From a virus: DNA of 64,000 nt. Position numbers and translations under genes: made by a program. Location: positions 3,711 to 67,710 of IMG/VR virus record IMGVR_UViG_3300027091_000001. One strand, written 5' to 3'. Of this stretch, positions 63,801-64,000 are shown one piece after another. Below the pieces are notes generated by a model. The model was not told the origin of the DNA, did not search any database, and saw only the letters and a program-made list of their open reading frames with translations. How positions within the stretch are numbered: the stretch's first letter is position 1; each line of letters begins with the position of its first letter.

Positions 63801-63959
63801 GTCATACAGACAGCACATACCGTAGTCACAACAGATGCGGCCTTCGACACCCTTGCCGCTTACGTTAGAGACACTGAGATTTTCCTGTTCTACAGGAAGT
63901 ACACAACAAACGCCGTTGTAGTTGTCAAAAGCATTGACATGGGGAATACATACAGTTGA
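60849..63959 (+). CDS. large virion/tail-tip protein with C-terminal Asp-box (BNR) repeats
   Basis: 1036 aa, T/S/G-rich; SPDNGATW, TENEGSTW, SIDMGNTY Asp-box motifs. Confidence 0.65.
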   Translation: MPYLDTTRTSTLTMDYSFSIANRMYQPGYLIPPEDEYTFKNHNLTMSGHLGFLATVTIHIAAVPNSTDPPYAGGFNFSIPWNWKVYATINCNNGHGVNTTVNVDLHTFTGVSTSTNFIDFASTISGSLSCTVGTDVLWDVTVTGQTEPPTITTVTWPQPTAYRWYERATVGSTATTTLTVNSSYGAGGSGSHTATGTVASIRPPATYNAAIASSSTISSPISTSTTITVAEVKVNGKYVKTYTHSHSYGSQTASMFSMTLQSIAGSLYSATGTISTTSYLTRLVSLRGNYRAWKNAYTDVLRLNVYGFDYETSAYRALTSSSGAIGGVEPTDTLDYYSTTTVLNTGSSNTLTTALNQVPPLIYALTDTTDLIANGELATENRFLFRGWQFDGMTTVHDVNKSISISGLSNTYANNVNMSAYRYLSIDINSVGTTIGSLVITSMPGARTKQWNIALGNGNNVLLIDLCAPPLETASVDSQDVPLPRINPDMAHNATYVGTAQQDGPYWGITRVSSIVFTPASGASWTLNSLTLTRNARPDTTQNFVYTSRDYSVERITKAVVSEADTTTTFKCRRFWQQDSVARTEEESDVHWEITVGGATGVTVTTIFGRTIANLVDDINATDALSGYGGNVIRHNGWTATKSVAQPGGATCTVSQPPLRDCFLNGDTGYASWVYGGGILCTPTISPGTGTTFTYGFNIVPGLHKAQTLFDSINGDFIPDIDDPFNISTAGLSSGNPIFEGLILAGGNIFRGPAHGIVLNSGSTATPNVGATVDLIRTSNGAVRGTAITGTYGQFETDNPFAQNTIINFARFATLNITGTYHSSKRNRNAFRHTIATGDSLSSHNHDYSLMHLYSENSSVFSNRLTFYISPDNGATWNITDTGISTLSTASGGGHSTRLPFTADSRKIWLTYTPGGRTNPNQLITRYTENEGSTWSSVIVLANPAFRPTTCVGANGFEYLFYYTSNSTASALSIDSITRDTDSNVIQTAHTVVTTDAAFDTLAAYVRDTEIFLFYRKYTTNAVVVVKSIDMGNTYS

Positions 63960-63965
63960 TGTAAA

Positions 63966-63987
63966 GAGCCCCGTTATTGCGGGGCTG
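63966..63987 (+). terminator. hairpin after last gene
   Basis: agccccg-ttattg-cggggct. Confidence 0.6.
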
Positions 63988-64000
63988 GTAACTCCACAAA

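Noticed and set aside
1-64000. CRISPR array or mini-array
   Set aside because: Repeats found are dispersed promoters/terminators, not regularly spaced repeat-spacer units
1-64000. Prophage boundaries, integrase, host genes or alternative genetic code
   Set aside because: No integrase or housekeeping host genes seen; core genes are intact under the standard code

Overview
The window is part of a tailed dsDNA phage genome (siphovirus-like, HK97-fold capsid), host unknown. No integrase, rRNA, canonical tRNA, CRISPR array or reverse transcriptase was seen. The minus strand (about 59.4 kb down to 21.6 kb) carries the morphogenesis module: ParB-like gene, terS, terL, portal-MuF fusion, prohead protease, major capsid, head-tail joining genes, holin-like genes, many fibre/adhesin paralogs, CHAP endolysin, three tail-tube paralogs, a frameshifting tail chaperone and tape measure. 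Two large tail-tip-like genes lie apart on the plus strand (17.7-20.0 and 60.8-64.0 kb). Other genes include Gam-like, dut, thyX, ParB-DUF4417, DUF3310, an MT-A70 methylase, a metallophosphoesterase, a Mom-like DNA-modifying enzyme, YqaJ, KTSC and a DUF2829/Tad2-like protein. Islands of small genes are scattered throughout, including inside the late operon, and are driven by about 20 related sigma70-type promoters followed by TCAAGTT. The most unusual feature is about 1.4 kb of promoter-driven, highly structured non-coding sequence flanking the Mom-like gene (3.37-4.20 kb plus, 5.70-6.25 kb minus). It contains two RNA motifs, each present twice with compensatory base changes, one with tRNA-elbow-like features. 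All family assignments are by-eye motif recognition, not database hits.
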